Source: Bugula neritina (Eukaryota; Animalia; Bryozoa). Taken from it: 64,000 nt of DNA. This document shows positions 38,004-52,469 of this stretch, piece by piece. The translations under genes were made by a program, and so were the position numbers. Numbering within the stretch: position 1 is the stretch's first letter; each line of letters begins with the position of its first letter. The notes below the pieces were generated by a model. That model was given only the letters and a program-made list of their open reading frames with translations. It was not told the origin of the DNA and did not search any database. The stretch lies in contig OZ037766.1 of the NCBI GenBank assembly GCA_964035545.1, positions 33,036,773 through 33,100,772 of the forward strand, written 5' to 3'.

Positions 38004-40179
38004 CCTAGACAACCAGCCAACTAGTAGAGACAGAATTACTTTTGTACCTTTACTAGCCAAAGAGTTTATTATCTCAAAACATCACCTCTTTTAGTCTTGT
38101 ATAATTTGTATGATGTTCTTTAAGAAAAAGTTATATATTTTTATGCTATTTTAAACTGAAAGTGGTATTACAACTGAAATACAATTGGCTAACAAGTATA
38201 GTAACCATGGCAATTTATGGCAAACATTTCCTGTAACTGGTAAATGCATAAAGATTGTCAATTTTATAAGTGCAACTATGTTGAATGCATTGGAAGTTGT
38301 TTTCTCATTTTATAAAATAAAACTGGGGATTTATATTGGTTTAAATTCAAGGCTTTGTGCATTCCCTTATGGTCCTATCAATGATAGTTAGTATCACCTC
38401 TCTCTTATGGTCTGGTATAGACTGATATGGTATGATATAATATGATACATAATGTGATATGATATAATATAATATATGATATATAATGTGATATATGATA
38501 TAATATGGTATATCATATAATATGGTATGGTATGTTTATTATGAGTGTAGACCAATATCAGGTGACCAAAGGGGAGGACGTCAAACTTGAGTTATGTTGT
38601 AATTATGGAAAATTTACTTTCTGCCCTGTTTAAATCTGCTCATGTTTCTTTTACCTGTAAAGTATCTCAGTTGTTTTTTTACCTGTAAATTATCTCAGTT
38701 AAAATGCTGAAAAAACTATAAGAATTGCTTTCAAAGCAGTGAAAGAAAACTGGATACAGTTGGTTGCTTTGAGCGAGTGAAATATTTCCATCAGTTAAAA
38801 AGTTGATAAACTTCTAAAATTAGTTATCACCTCGAATATTATGTGAGTAATATTCTATTTCTTTCCAGAAGATAAATCAGGCAACAGATTGGTAAATATG
38901 AGGCTACATCATCACTAGATGGTACCAAAGGCTCACTAATGCAGTAAGAATGTCTGGTAACATGGATACGCAGTGAATGTTGGATATTATTTCATGTAAA
39001 ACATGAAATTGCTCCTTAAGTTGCGTAATCAACCACCACTCAAGTACTAGTGGTTGCCAATTGGCAATGTGTAGGGGATAAATAACAGTATCATTACATT
39101 TCATTTGCTCTAATAACTGATATTTGTTAGAGATTGTAATAAAGTCACAAATTTTAACATTAATTCGCAATTTTATCTGAAACTTCTTCCAACAAAGCTA
39201 TTTTATATTCGACTATTCCCGTCATGATGGCAGCCATTTTGTCTATTAGATAACTTTACCTCCCTAGAACCATTCAGCTGTCTCTGAAGACATGATTTAT
39301 TTTGCTAATCTATCTTAATCTGCTGCTATGCGCTAATCACCATTGAGTTCTAAGGGTGCAATGGTCTCTGTGTTCGGACACTGCACTAGTTACTCCTGCA
39401 GTTAGTCTCGGGTGATGCATGAATATTTGAGGCTAAGAAGTAATAATCCAAGCATTCATTGTTCGGAAGTTTGTGAAGCAACTCTTCGTTATAGAGTCAT
39501 GTGATGTGATGGGACCTCTGTGATGTAACATAAGTGGTGTGACCTCTGTGGTGTAACCTCTGTGGTGTGATCTCTGTGATGTGATCTCTGTGGTGTGACC
39601 TCTGTGGTATGACATCTGTGATGTGACGTGTGGTTGTGGTGCTGAGCATGAAGCTGTTGCCAAGTTTTGACTTTACGCTGCTTCTGCTTCCTGACTCTAC
39701 AATAGAGTAGATGATAGACAGGGGGGGGGGGGTGGGTATTCAGTGGTGGATGAATATAGATTCTTGGGGAGATACTCAGTGCTGGGTGGTTTTAGTATGA
39801 GTTTAGCCTCTGTACTGTACTTATCATAAATTTACATGTAGTGCAGGATTTATAAAAGGTAGGTTGCATTTGAAGATTTTAGCATAAAAAAATTGAAGAT
39901 TATTTTAGTATTTTGGCGGTAAATTCATTAGGAAATAGCTGGCTTGGCAGCTATTTATTTAAGTAGATTTCATCTTTATAATTACTTGTCTAATTATTAT
40001 TAACGAAAATTATAAAACTCTAAGGTAATTAAGCTAAAGCTAGACTTTAAAAGTAAGAATTGTAGTCGGGATATTTATGGGTGGAGTAGTTTGTAATCTA
40101 TATATCATGAGTCTAGCTGGCCACTAGTAGCTTCTAACTGAAGAGACTTTAATAGACTAAACATTAATTTTAATTTAAA

Positions 40180-40311
<132 letters not shown>

Positions 40312-43300
40312 ATATCTATTGATTACAAAAAAGCAGAAATTTATGGGTCCTACTGTTAAATATTGAACAACATATTGTTACTAAAGTTCATACCCAAAAA
40401 TACACGGCCATGTTGTATCAGTTACACAGGCATTGGAAGCAGTAAAGTCATACCTTTTCAATAAAACATTTCACTGACAAATGAATATTCCATCAGAGTG
40501 AAATACCTTGCTATGTGAACTAATGAAATGTTTTCATGTAAGAGTGGAATATCTCCTTAGTGAGCTAATAATATGTTATCATATGGCATTCATCAAGTTG
40601 CTAATCCGACTTTGATGGCCTATGCAATGCACCATCTAACGCAATATGGCGGTCTTGTGGAAGCCAACCCCATTGTCTCAGTGCAGAAGTAGAATCAACC
40701 TTAGCATAGCTTGGTTATTCACAAGGAAAAAGAGAAAATAATTGTGCAACTTTTGTAATGTTTTTTACATGATTTAACATTTCTATGAACAGCAGGATAA
40801 CATGCAAACTAGGTTAGCTAGTTCAACTTCAGGTTCCATCAGAAAGGCGATACAGAAATAATTCTATAGGAGGTAAATAATAGAAGTAGTCCTGGGTTTA
40901 TTATACCGAGTACTTTAGTCTGTATCCACTAGGATCCCATGAGTGAGGAGACAAAACACCTTACCAGCTGCACATCAGACACTCGCCATTTGCATATAAA
41001 GCCGGAAATACAAGCATAGCTACCAATTTGTCATTAAGAGAACATCACCACTCAACAGTTTCAATTTGCTAGGTCATTGTTTCAAAATTAGTTATAAAGC
41101 GAAGCTAACGCGTGGATTTATTACATTAGCTAGGCATAGGAACATAGATAGTGTAGTGGTTTGTGATTGGTCCACTAACGACCACACAAGCAACGAGAGG
41201 TTGAAGAATCACTGATGTTTTGTAGAATGTAGTTTAAATTTATTGATAAACATTTTAGTTCCACAAGCAACACCATGAAGTCTAAAATTCATAAAATTTA
41301 TGCAGTTACAATATATAAAATAAAAATGGTATATAATTATGTAATATAATATAACAAATTAAAAACATAAGAAGTAAAAGCAAGTAAGAATATTATGTAA
41401 GAATTATTCAAGTGGTAAGGTGATAAAGTAACAACTAACACTGCAGCTACTGAACTTTTTGTTTCGCTCTATATGTTGCTTGATAATGATACTTTATATT
41501 AGTATAATATTAAAACATAATACAGAAGTAAGGCCTATAAAAATCTTTCTGAATATAATAATGCCTTTCTTCTCTTTACAAGATAAAAACCTCTCTAATA
41601 ACTGAACAGAAAAGGCAGCATTTTACACCAGGAATATTAAACAGGATGTTTTCTAACGCCTCTCATTGGCTATAGCACACTTTTGCAACAAAATCCGGCC
41701 AATCACATTGTGGCGCATTGCCCCCACCCGACAGGACCATTTTCTGACAAGCATCCAGGTGGCTGTCCCCAGCCTTCTGATTGGGACACTATTGTATACC
41801 CTAAGAATGAGTTATCGTGCTATAAAAATGTCATTACCTTGCTGCTATGATTGTATATAAGTGAGTTCAGTCAGTTATTTAATAATGACCTTTGGTTGCT
41901 GTCGTGTGTAGTTCATTACAAATTGCTTTTCATAATTTTAAACTTATTTATTAAACTACTTTTTTCAACAATTTCTAATAGCGTAAAACTTTTCAAAAAA
42001 TATAATGATTAGAGAAAAAAGTTAAAAATGAAAGTGTCACATGACGTAGTAAGAGAGTAACTACTATGCACGCCTACTACAGTCACTTCTATAATCTCCT
42101 AGACTTATTAATTACAATAAAAAACATAACTTAGTTTGGATGAACCTCGGTGGGCTCAGCTGCTTGTTGATGGCTGATGGGTCTACAGAAAGTGAAACTT
42201 TTCAGCTTTGAAGCACGGAATGAACTCTGGGTAATTTAAACCTACAAGTATAAAATAAGTGGAATGTTATTATAGGATTTAGAAGATTCAGTATAAGAAA
42301 ACAAAGTAGTATGGATGGGAAATTGTTTAGATAGATGTGTTCTTCCTTATCTTGTGTCACAAGTGGTTGGTTTTCACCACTCAATTACACAAAGTATCAT
42401 ACTTGAATAGCTGTTGGGTAGCGTTAGATGCAAGTGAGTGCAAGCTGTGTCGGGTTAGAGTTGATCATTTGAGCAAAGGATTTTAAAAGATTTATATTCT
42501 TGAGTGATGGCATGTTACTATTAATATAATCTATTAGGCACTATACTCCATTTTATCCATCTCCCGGTCAGGTGACTTGCATAAGATTGAACGAGTAAAT
42601 AAGGCAGCAGATTGCTGACCTAACTTGTATAATGACTTCATTTATTTTATTTATTCTAAACATAAATTTGCAATAATATACTACAAACAACAACTTATAG
42701 CTATTGTTATTAGTACATTTATAGCTACTAATACAATTATTCTATGCTATCTTGTGTCTGGTAATGAGGTGTGTCTTATGGATCATTAAAACCCGCCTTT
42801 GTAGCTGCCTTAGAGTACCTGAGTGAAGTATACACTTCCACAACTTCCTTTATAGACTGGCACATAGGCGCGGAACAATGGCAAGGCAGAACTGTGATCT
42901 TGATATGCAATGCTTGTAGCGTAGTATAATTACCAAATAGTACAGGAGCCAAATATACAGTACACCAGCGTGATGATAGTTTATATTGAAATAGCTAGAA
43001 TAAGCTTGAAAGAAATTTATTTCCATTTTTGTGACATATTTTGTAGAATAGCTTCAATCTTTTGTTTTCAAATGAAGTTTCACTGAAGAACTGAGATTGA
43101 AGATACAGCAAAACTCAAGAAAAATTTAAAGAAAAATAAGGAAGTGAAAAAAGTTAACCAATCTGTAGTAAAATTTTTTCTGGTGCAAACTGGTGGTTTA
43201 TTGCTAATCTGTCAGAGTTACCGATGATTCTGTAATTTAGATCACTGCTAGATGGACATATCTCATACTCAATAACAATTTTGCAACTAAGAGAAATTTT

Positions 43301-43719
43301 TGCTAATCACTGGCTTCAGGTTGCAACCTCTAAAGTTTGCTGAGAATTCTTTTCTCGTGTTATCATATTGATCCTGGTGACTCAGCTTACCGCAAACAGG
43401 AGTGAGGCTTTTCTAATCCTCTACACAATCACAAGCTTATAAGAACCTAAATTTAGCTTCTCCAACTTTACCATCCCACCTGCGCCAGAAGAGAACCGAC
43501 ACAACAGCTACGCAAGCCAGCATGATTCAAAGCAATCAATTAATATTGAAATTTTTCTGTAAGACAAGTTATGAAAATTATTACTCATTAATAGAGAGAA
43601 TAACGTGAGAGTTTAGTGGATGATTTACTGTTGCATCCTGTGACGGGTTTGATTGATGGCTGTGAGAGGTGATCATGTATGACGTAGGAGTGTATTCTGT
43701 GTCTCCAGCTGTTGAAGAG

Positions 43720-43836
43720 TATAAATGCTAGGAGCTATGATGATCACACCACACTCGGGTTTGATACCTGGTCAGGACTGCACTCTAAACGTTCTTCTTT
43801 ATTATATTTACTAAGCAGTCTGTCTCATCATTGAAG
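43720..43836 (+). promoter_or_regulatory. TATA box and non-coding first exon of collagen C
   Basis: TATAAAT at 43720 and AG|GTAAGT donor at 43837. Confidence 0.55.
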
Positions 43837-43871
43837 GTAAGTTGAGCACAACGACTTCATACATTAGAGTA

Positions 43872-44076
43872 TGTGTATGTTTATAGTTCTTACATTCATA
43901 CAGTGTGTATGCTTATAGTTCTTACATTCATACAGTGTGTATGCTTATAGTTCTTACATTCATACAGTGTGTATGCTTATAGTTCTTACATTCATACAGT
44001 GTGTATGCTTATAGTTCTTACATTCATACAGTGTGTATGCTTATAGTTCTTACATTCATACAGTGTGTATGCTTAT
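43872..44076. repeat. 32-nt minisatellite in the first intron of collagen C
   Basis: tgtatgcttatagttcttacattcatacagtg, about 6 copies. Confidence 0.92.
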
Positions 44077-44331
44077 ACTGCAATTGATTGACAGCATTTC
44101 ACTAGATATATATGAATACTAACAGTATAATATATGACTTACTGAGGGAAATAATACTTTTTAAATTAATACAAAATTGCATATTTTAATGGTTGAGAGA
44201 ATCTATTAGAGTATTTCTGAACTCTTCCAATACAGTGATGTAGCAACACTGAAACAGTTATTACTTAATTATAAATTTATAGTTAAAAGTGGAGTAGTTG
44301 TCATCATAGCCTTATTTCTTCACTTGTGTAG

Positions 44332-47300
44332 ATGGATGAGAAAGGAGAGCTCAGATGCTCCAGCCGGTCTGTGGTAAGAGCTCATAGTTTTGGAATAATC
44401 TCCCTTTCCGTGTTCTTTATTGGACTGACTATAGTCAACGTCATTGTCTACCATCAACAGCATACGGTAAGCTTTAAATTATTGCATTTCAAAATAATAT
44501 ACAATCAAAACGTAATGCTTTTACTGAAGCAAATTGACTTTATTTTTACATTGGATTTTGATATAAATTTTTATATAGTGTTTCTTTTTATAGTATTTCT
44601 CAAACAGCAATTTTTTATTAAAACTAATTTATTTTAATTGTGTGAAAAATCTATAATCTTCATATCAGAGATTTAAAATATTTTTCTGCAGGAAATAGAT
44701 GAGTTACGAAGTTCCTTAAACAGTCTGAAATCACTCTACGCAGGGAACAACATGGTGAGTAACTATTCAGGAAGTTGATATGGTAACCATGGTAATGCAC
44801 ATTGCAATAGATATTAATGACTCACAAATGGACTACTTAGGCTTTAAACTTCTCTCACCTTGTAACCAAGGAAGAGTTGAGAGTTTAAAGAGCAAATTAA
44901 GTTTATCTTTTCTTCTATGTTCATAGAAATCCAAACAACTGTCACCAGCTTTTCATGTCAAGGTGTTTCAAAACAATTCCTTACAAGCTATGCATCTTTG
45001 AAATCTTAAAAAATTTGAATTATCTTTCTTTAGCTATTGCTAGCACTTCGAGTGCTCTTAATTTTTGGAAAGAAGCCAACATATTCCTCAATAAAAGAAA
45101 AGATGTTTCAGATTAGAAGCTTATAGAATACCATTGTTATTCATATGGTAATATTTCATGTGTAGTATTTATATTAGCAGAGAGTAAAGAGAAGTGCTAC
45201 AGGGTATGGTTACGCTGGTAGCAGATATGGCACAACCCAAGCACCTGCATGCACCTGCCCACCAGGTCCAAGGGGCTTCCAAGGACTCCCTGGACCTAAA
45301 GGAGAGAAGGGAGATACTGGAACTGCAGGTTATGGGTATCCTGGCGCAAAGGGAGATAAAGGAGATACTGGTCTTCCAGGTTTGAATGGAGTTGATGGAC
45401 ATCCAGGGTCTGTGGGAGCAACTGGAGTAGCTGGACAACGAGGTAAAGCTGGATACACTGGAGCTACTGGTGCTACAGGTGTTACTGGAGACGATGGCGT
45501 AGATGGTACACCAGGTATGAAGGGAATGAAAGGACAAGTTGGTGCAGTTGGTTATCCTGGAGCTCCAGGTAAAGATGGACATAATGGTGTAAAGGGAGAT
45601 TCAGGAGAAACTGGTGCACCAGGAGCAACTGGAATGAAGGGAGAAAAGGGAGAAATTGGACATTCTGGCTATGCTGGTCAAGATGGGTACAATGGCAAAG
45701 ATGGAGCACCGGGTGCACCTGGACTTGATGGGGCACCAGGTTTACCTGGAAAAGATGGCACACCTGGTATGAAGGGAGATCGTGGTGAAAGAGGATATAT
45801 GGGAGAAACCGGAGAACAAGGGTTACCAGGCGAAGCTGGCTATTCTGGAGCACCAGGTGCGAAAGGCGAACCGGGTCAGATGGGTGATAGAGGTTACAAT
45901 GGACAACCAGGAGAGCCAGGGCTTCCAGGTGCACCTGGTCTTGATGGAGCTGACGGTAAAGATGGATACAATGGTGCTCCAGGAATTAAAGGTGAACAGG
46001 GAGAGCCAGGACAAAGCGGAGAGCCTGGCAAAGATGGTTATAACGGAGAACCTGGTGAGCGAGGTGAGCCTGGATACCCTGGATCTATGGGTGCTACAGG
46101 TGCACCCGGTGCTAGTGGAGCACCTGGATTGCCAGGTGAAACAGGAGCTCCTGGAAAAGATGGCTATAACGGTTTACCCGGTGCCGATGGGACACCAGGT
46201 GAAGATGGCACACCTGGATACCCAGGAAAAGATGGGGAAGCTGGCGCTACCGGACCCAGAGGATATGCTGGTGAAAAAGGTGCTTCCGGTATGAATGGAC
46301 TGCCAGGTGCACCAGGTCTTAATGGGAAAGACGGTCTTCCTGGAGCTCCAGGTATGAAGGGAGAATCAGGAGCAGCTGGAGTACCAGGAGAGACTGGACA
46401 ACAAGGCGCGAATGGCTACAATGGACTCGATGGTAAAACTGGAGCCCCAGGTGAACGAGGAGAGCCCGGTTACCCTGGAGCTGATGGACAACCAGGGGCA
46501 CCAGGTATGAAAGGAGAGAGAGGTGAAAATGGCTACAACGGACTGCCAGGTGAAAATGGCTACAATGGTGCTAAGGGAGAAGCTGGAGCCTCAGGAAAAG
46601 ACGGCACTCCAGGTATACCTGGTTTAGATGGAGCTCCTGGTCTGAATGGTGAGAAAGGAGACAAGGGAGATGTCGGAACACCCGGCCGAGATGGATATGA
46701 TGGGCGAGATGGTGAAACTGGTGCCCCCGGAGCAAATGGGGAACCCGGAAAAGATGGTGCTACTGGACCATCCGGAATGACTGGAAGACCAGGAATGAAT
46801 GGAAAAGATGGGGCTCCAGGAATGAAAGGAGATGCTGGTATGCCAGGTGAAAAAGGTGCATCTGGGTCACCTGGTCAAAATGGTTACAATGGAGAGGATG
46901 GAGAGCCAGGTTTACCTGGAGTAGATGGGCGTCCTGGTGCAACTGGAGAGAAGGGAGAGCCAGGTCCGAGAGGATACACTGGTGCTCCTGGGGAGTCGGG
47001 AGTCAATGGCTATGACGGATCAGATGGTAGCCCAGGTTACAATGGCAAAGATGGAGCACCAGGCATGAAGGGAGATACTGGAGCACCTGGACCTAAAGGT
47101 TTACCAGGAGCTCCAGGAAGAGACGGTAAAGATGGTGAAATGGGTGCTCCAGGGTACAACGGAGCACCAGGATCACCAGGAATGAAAGGAGAAGCTGGAT
47201 ACCCAGGATCTCCTGGATTACCTGGAGCTCCAGGTGAAACTGGTGCACCTGGTGCTCCTGGGTACAACGGTTTACCAGGAAATAATGGTGCCACCGGATT

Positions 47301-48045
47301 ACCTGGAATACAGGGTCCAAAGGTGAGTTATCACTTTATGGTGTATTCATGGGAACCAGATTTTAGTAACCAAAACACAGATTTGAGCAACAAAACTACA
47401 GAATGATATAATCAACAAGTAATAATAGTATAATAATATTATCACTCATTACAAATAGTATATGTCTTTGAAGTTATCATTCTGCTATTTATTTAAGGGT
47501 GAGCCAGGGCAAGTGGGTGCAACAGGATACTCAGGCTTACCTGGTGCACCAGGAGCTCCTGGAAAAGATGGTAAAATGGGAGCCCCAGGCTACAACGGAG
47601 CACCAGGAATGAAAGGAGACTCTGGACATCCAGGAGCTCCAGGTGAAACTGGTGCAACTGGTAAGCCAGGATACAACGGGTTACCAGGAACTGATGGTGC
47701 AACCGGACATCCAGGCGCACAGGGACCAAAGGTGAGTTTCAACAATATCCTGCTTGCTTAAACCACACAATGTGTTTTGTTGCAATAAGTGGATCGTTGT
47801 GTAGCTGTTACTAATAAAGTCGTTGTTGTATTTTATTGTTACATTATGATATTGTAATACTGCTGTTACTTAATTAGGGAGCACCAGGCTCACCCGGAGC
47901 ACCCGGAGCACCAGGAGCAACGGTAGCACCCGGCTCTGGTACACTAAAAGGAAGCACAACTCCCAACACAGGGTATGGCTATAAGTACAGTAGAATGTAC
48001 GGGAATTACTGGGTACCAACTCCCTCTAACAACTATGGCTACTAG
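44332..48045 (+). CDS. Type II transmembrane, furin-cleavable long Tyr-rich collagen C
   Basis: Exons: 44332-44466 ([30 protein letters not shown]), 44692-44754 ([12 protein letters not shown]), 45181-47322 ([18 protein letters not shown] then Gly-X-Y; TAGCAG tandem acceptor), 47498-47731 (26 triplets), 47878-48045 (..[24 protein letters not shown]). Confidence 0.88.
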
Positions 48046-48889
48046 CAACAGGCAACTAGCTACTAGCTACTAGCAGTTAGCAACTAGCTACTAGATATTA
48101 GCAACTAGCTACTATAAGTACTAGCTACTGGATACTATCAACAGTAGTGAAATACAACTTATAAGTGTATTTTATGCAAGTTTAGATATATGTACATAAT
48201 TACTCTGTTTCAATCAGCTGGTCTGTAAATTCTTATTTTACTCCATCATCAGTTCCGAATCATATCGTGATTATGCAACTTTTGCTACAAGCTGGGAACT
48301 TTACCATGTAGAAATTATCACAGATCTAATAATTTTTTATAAAATATTTTAATAAAAGAAAAAACAGCTTTTTATATTCCTCAATATTACTAAAATATTT
48401 TGGTCATTTTGATTCTATTTTTTAAAGAATTGCTTTGTGAAATATTTGAATTGATAAAAATGAGGAAGTTATATTTTATTTAAGACAAGCATTAATGCCA
48501 TTGCACTGTCTTTTCTTTTATTATGTTGGTTTGTTATGTTTATATTGTAAGCCAAATTTTGCCTTAATCAAATGCTCAATCATGTTACATTAAACATTGC
48601 TAATGCTACACCATTATCATCGTCATTTATGACAGGGATGTTAAATAAATAATTATAATATTATACTTTTCTGCTCAGTTTTATCAAACTCACAGCTGCT
48701 AAGCTCTTATGATAGATTGGTAATAGAAAAGCGTTCACTTAGCTAACATGAAATCATGTTGATGTGGGTGTTATTTTGGAACTAAAAGTAACAATTATTA
48801 CGGCAGAATTTAATCAATATGTAAGTCATAGCAATAGGAGAGCAAAATGACTCGTTAATGTCTGCTAGAGACCACATGATACTAGTAGA

Positions 48890-49843
48890 AGTCACATGAT
48901 GCTAGTAGAAGTCACATGATGCTAGTAGAAGTCACATGATACTAGTAGAAGTCACATGATGCTAGTAGAAGTCACATGATACTAGTAGAAGTCACATGAT
49001 ACTAGTAGAAGTCACATGATACTAGTAGAAGTCACATGATACTAGTAGAAGTCACATGATGCTAGTAGAAGTCACATGATACTAGTAGAAGTCACATGAT
49101 GCTAGTAGAAGTCACATGATACTAGTAGAAGTCACATGATACTAGTAGAAGTCACATGATGCTAGTAGAAGTCACATGATGCTAGTAGAAGTTACATGAT
49201 GCTAGTAGAAGTCACATGATGCTAGTAGAAGTCACATGATGCTAGTAGAAGTCACATGATGCTAGTAGAAGTCACATGATACTAGTAGAAGTCACATGAT
49301 ACTAGTAGAAGTCACATGATACTAGTAGAAGTCACATGATACTAGTAGAAGTCACATGATACTAGTAGAAGTCACATGATACTAGTAGAAGTCACATGAT
49401 GCTAGTAGAAGTCACATGATACTAGTAGAAGTCACATGATGCTAGCAGAAGTCACATGATACTAGTAGAAGTCACATGATGCTATAGTAGAAGTCACATG
49501 ATACTAGTAGAAGTCACATGATGCTAGGAGAAGTCACATGATACTAGCAGAAGTCACATGATGCTAGTGGAAGTCACATGATGCTAGGAGAAGTCACATG
49601 ATATTAGTAGAAGTCACATGATACTAGTAGAAGTCACATGATGCTAGTAGAAGTCACATGATACTAGTAGAAGTCACATAATACTAGTAGAAGTCACATG
49701 ATACTAGTAGAAGTCACATGATGCTAGTAGAAGTCACATGGTACTAGTAGAAGTCACATGATGCTAGCAGAAGTCACATGATACTAGTAGAAGTCACATG
49801 ATGCTATAGTAGAAGTCACATGATACTAGTAGAGTCACATGAC
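48890..49843. repeat. 20-nt minisatellite gtcacatgatRctagtagaa
   Basis: About 47 copies. Confidence 0.97.
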
Positions 49844-50097
49844 AAAAATAATACTCAGATATGCTGATATTGAGGTAACCATTGGTTAGCTCAAGGATAG
49901 ACACTATACAGAAATGAATTAAAACTTTCTAGTTGGTATTATAGGTGTATAGTTATATAATTATATAGTTATATAGGTATATAGTGATAGTTTAATGCTA
50001 CACATGCAGTTCAAACTTTTAAAATGGATTTCAGTACATATACAAAAAGTTATGATTTAAAGCTTTGAACTGCATAGGACTATCTAAAGCTCTATAG

Positions 50098-51400
50098 TCT
50101 ATACCCTATATCTTATACCCTATACCCTATATCCTATATCCTACGTATATCCTATATCCTATACCCTATAGGCCTATATCCTATAACCTATACCCTGTAC
50201 CCTATACCCTATACCCTATACCCTATACCTTATACCCTATATCCTATACCCTATATCCTATATCCTATACCCTATACCCTATATCCTATGGCCTATATCT
50301 TATACTCTATACCCTATATCCTATATCCTATACCCTATACCCTATATCCTATACCCTATACCCTATATCCTATACCCTATATCCTATACCCTATACCCTG
50401 TACCCTATACCCTATATCCTATACCCTATACCCTGTACCCTATACCTTATACCCTATACCCTATACCCTGTACCCTATATCCTTTACCCTATATCCTATA
50501 TCCTTTACCCTATATCCTATATCCTATACCCTATACCCTATATCCTATGGCCTATATCTTATACTCTATACCCTATATCCTATATCCTATATCCTGTACT
50601 CTATATCCTGTATCCTATACCCTATATCCTATATCCTATACCCTATATCCTATACCCTATACCCTGTACCCTATACCCTATATCCTGTACCCTATACCCT
50701 ATATCCTATACCCTATACCCTATACCCTGTACCCTATACCCTATATCCTATACCCTGTACCCTATATCCTATACCCTGTACCCTATATCCTGTATCCTAT
50801 ACCCTATACCCTGTATCCTATACCCTGTATCCTATACTCTATACCCTATACCCTATATCCTGTACCCTATACCCTATATCCTATACCCTATACCCTATAC
50901 CCTGTACCCTATACCCTATATCCTATACCCTGTACCCTATATCCTATATCCTATATCCTATACCCTGTATCCTATACCCTATATCCTATACCCTGTACCC
51001 TATATCCTATACCCTGTACCCTATATCCTGTATCCTATACCCTATACCCTATACCCTATATCCTGTACACTATACCCTATACCCTATATCCTGTACCCTA
51101 TATCCTATACCCTATATCCTATATCCTATATTCTATACCCTATACCCTGTATCCTATACCCTATATCCTATACCCTATACCCTATATCCTTTACCCTATA
51201 TCCTATATCCTATAACCTATACCCTATATCCTATACCCCATATCCTATACCCTATACCCTATATCCTATATCCTATACCCTATACCCTATATCCTATACC
51301 CTATACCCTATATTCTATACCCTATACCCTATATCCTATATCCTATATCCTGTACTCTATATACCCTATACCCTATATCCTATACCCTATACCCTGTACA
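50098..51400. repeat. 7-nt ctatacc/ctatatc satellite
   Basis: About 1.3 kb and G-poor on the + strand. Confidence 0.97.
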
Positions 51401-52154
51401 TCATAAAGTGTTTTCCATTAGTTTATATATACAGTTTCAAGACTGTGGCTGTATAATGATTGATTGGTTCATTTAGTATAAAAAATTATCTAATTTATTA
51501 AATCTTCTGAAAATTTAAAATATTAGCAGAATTAAAATTTGAAGATTTAAAATGTTTAATTGATGATTATAGCAACTTTCAATCATGAGACATGAAATTT
51601 TTATCACTTTGATTATAGCTGAAGGCTTACATGCGGTATTATATATGAAAGTATAGTGCATTGGTTGATGGTCAAATGACTAACCAATCACCATTTTGCA
51701 ACAACTGGTTGCATTTAAGCACAATTCTAATTGGCTAGTATAAGTTGAATAGGTGCCAAATACACTTTTTATTGGTTAATATGATTTGAAAAAGCAACAT
51801 TTAAATTTTATTATTGGATATGGATGAGTGGAAAATTAATTGACTTTAAAATGTTTTAAAAAATTATGGTGGGACAAGTGTATTTCAATTTGAATTAGCA
51901 ATTTTGAAATTTGGATTGAGATTTTCAGAGTGCCACTATATTACTCTGCTATGTATTCTGCTACCCACTTCGTCATCCAAATTATTTTTCTCATATGCCA
52001 CTGTTGTTTAAGCTGTTCATCATGTTCTTAAATGTATATTTAGGTGAGCCGCTAAACTTACTAGGTAAGGAGATAAATATTTCCATATCACACTGTCTGT
52101 GTTTTATTGTATACTCTTGTTTAGTGAAACAGCAAAGCATAACCATGCAATGTA

Positions 52155-52370
52155 TTACGTATAGTAATATAAAGTATATTAGCTGATATATCATATATAT
52201 GTATATAGTAATATAAAGTATATTAGCTGATATATCATATATATGTATATAGTAATATAAAGTATATTAGCTGATATATTATATACGTATAGTAATGTAA
52301 AGTATATTAGCTGATATATATCATATATACGTATAGTAATATAAAGTATATTAGCTGATCTATCATATGT
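52155..52370. repeat. ~44-nt AT-rich minisatellite
   Basis: gtatagtaatataaagtatattagctgatatatcatatat, about 5 copies. Confidence 0.85.
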
Positions 52371-52469
52371 GGATAGTTAGCTACAGAGGTCATTGGCAGA
52401 GCTGTATCTAGCTACAGAGGTCATTGGCAGAGTTGTATCTAGCTACAGAGGTCATTGGCAGAGTTGTAT

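Noticed and set aside
50288-51406. 372-aa and 222-aa YPIPYTL ORFs
   Set aside because: Translation of a 7-nt satellite.
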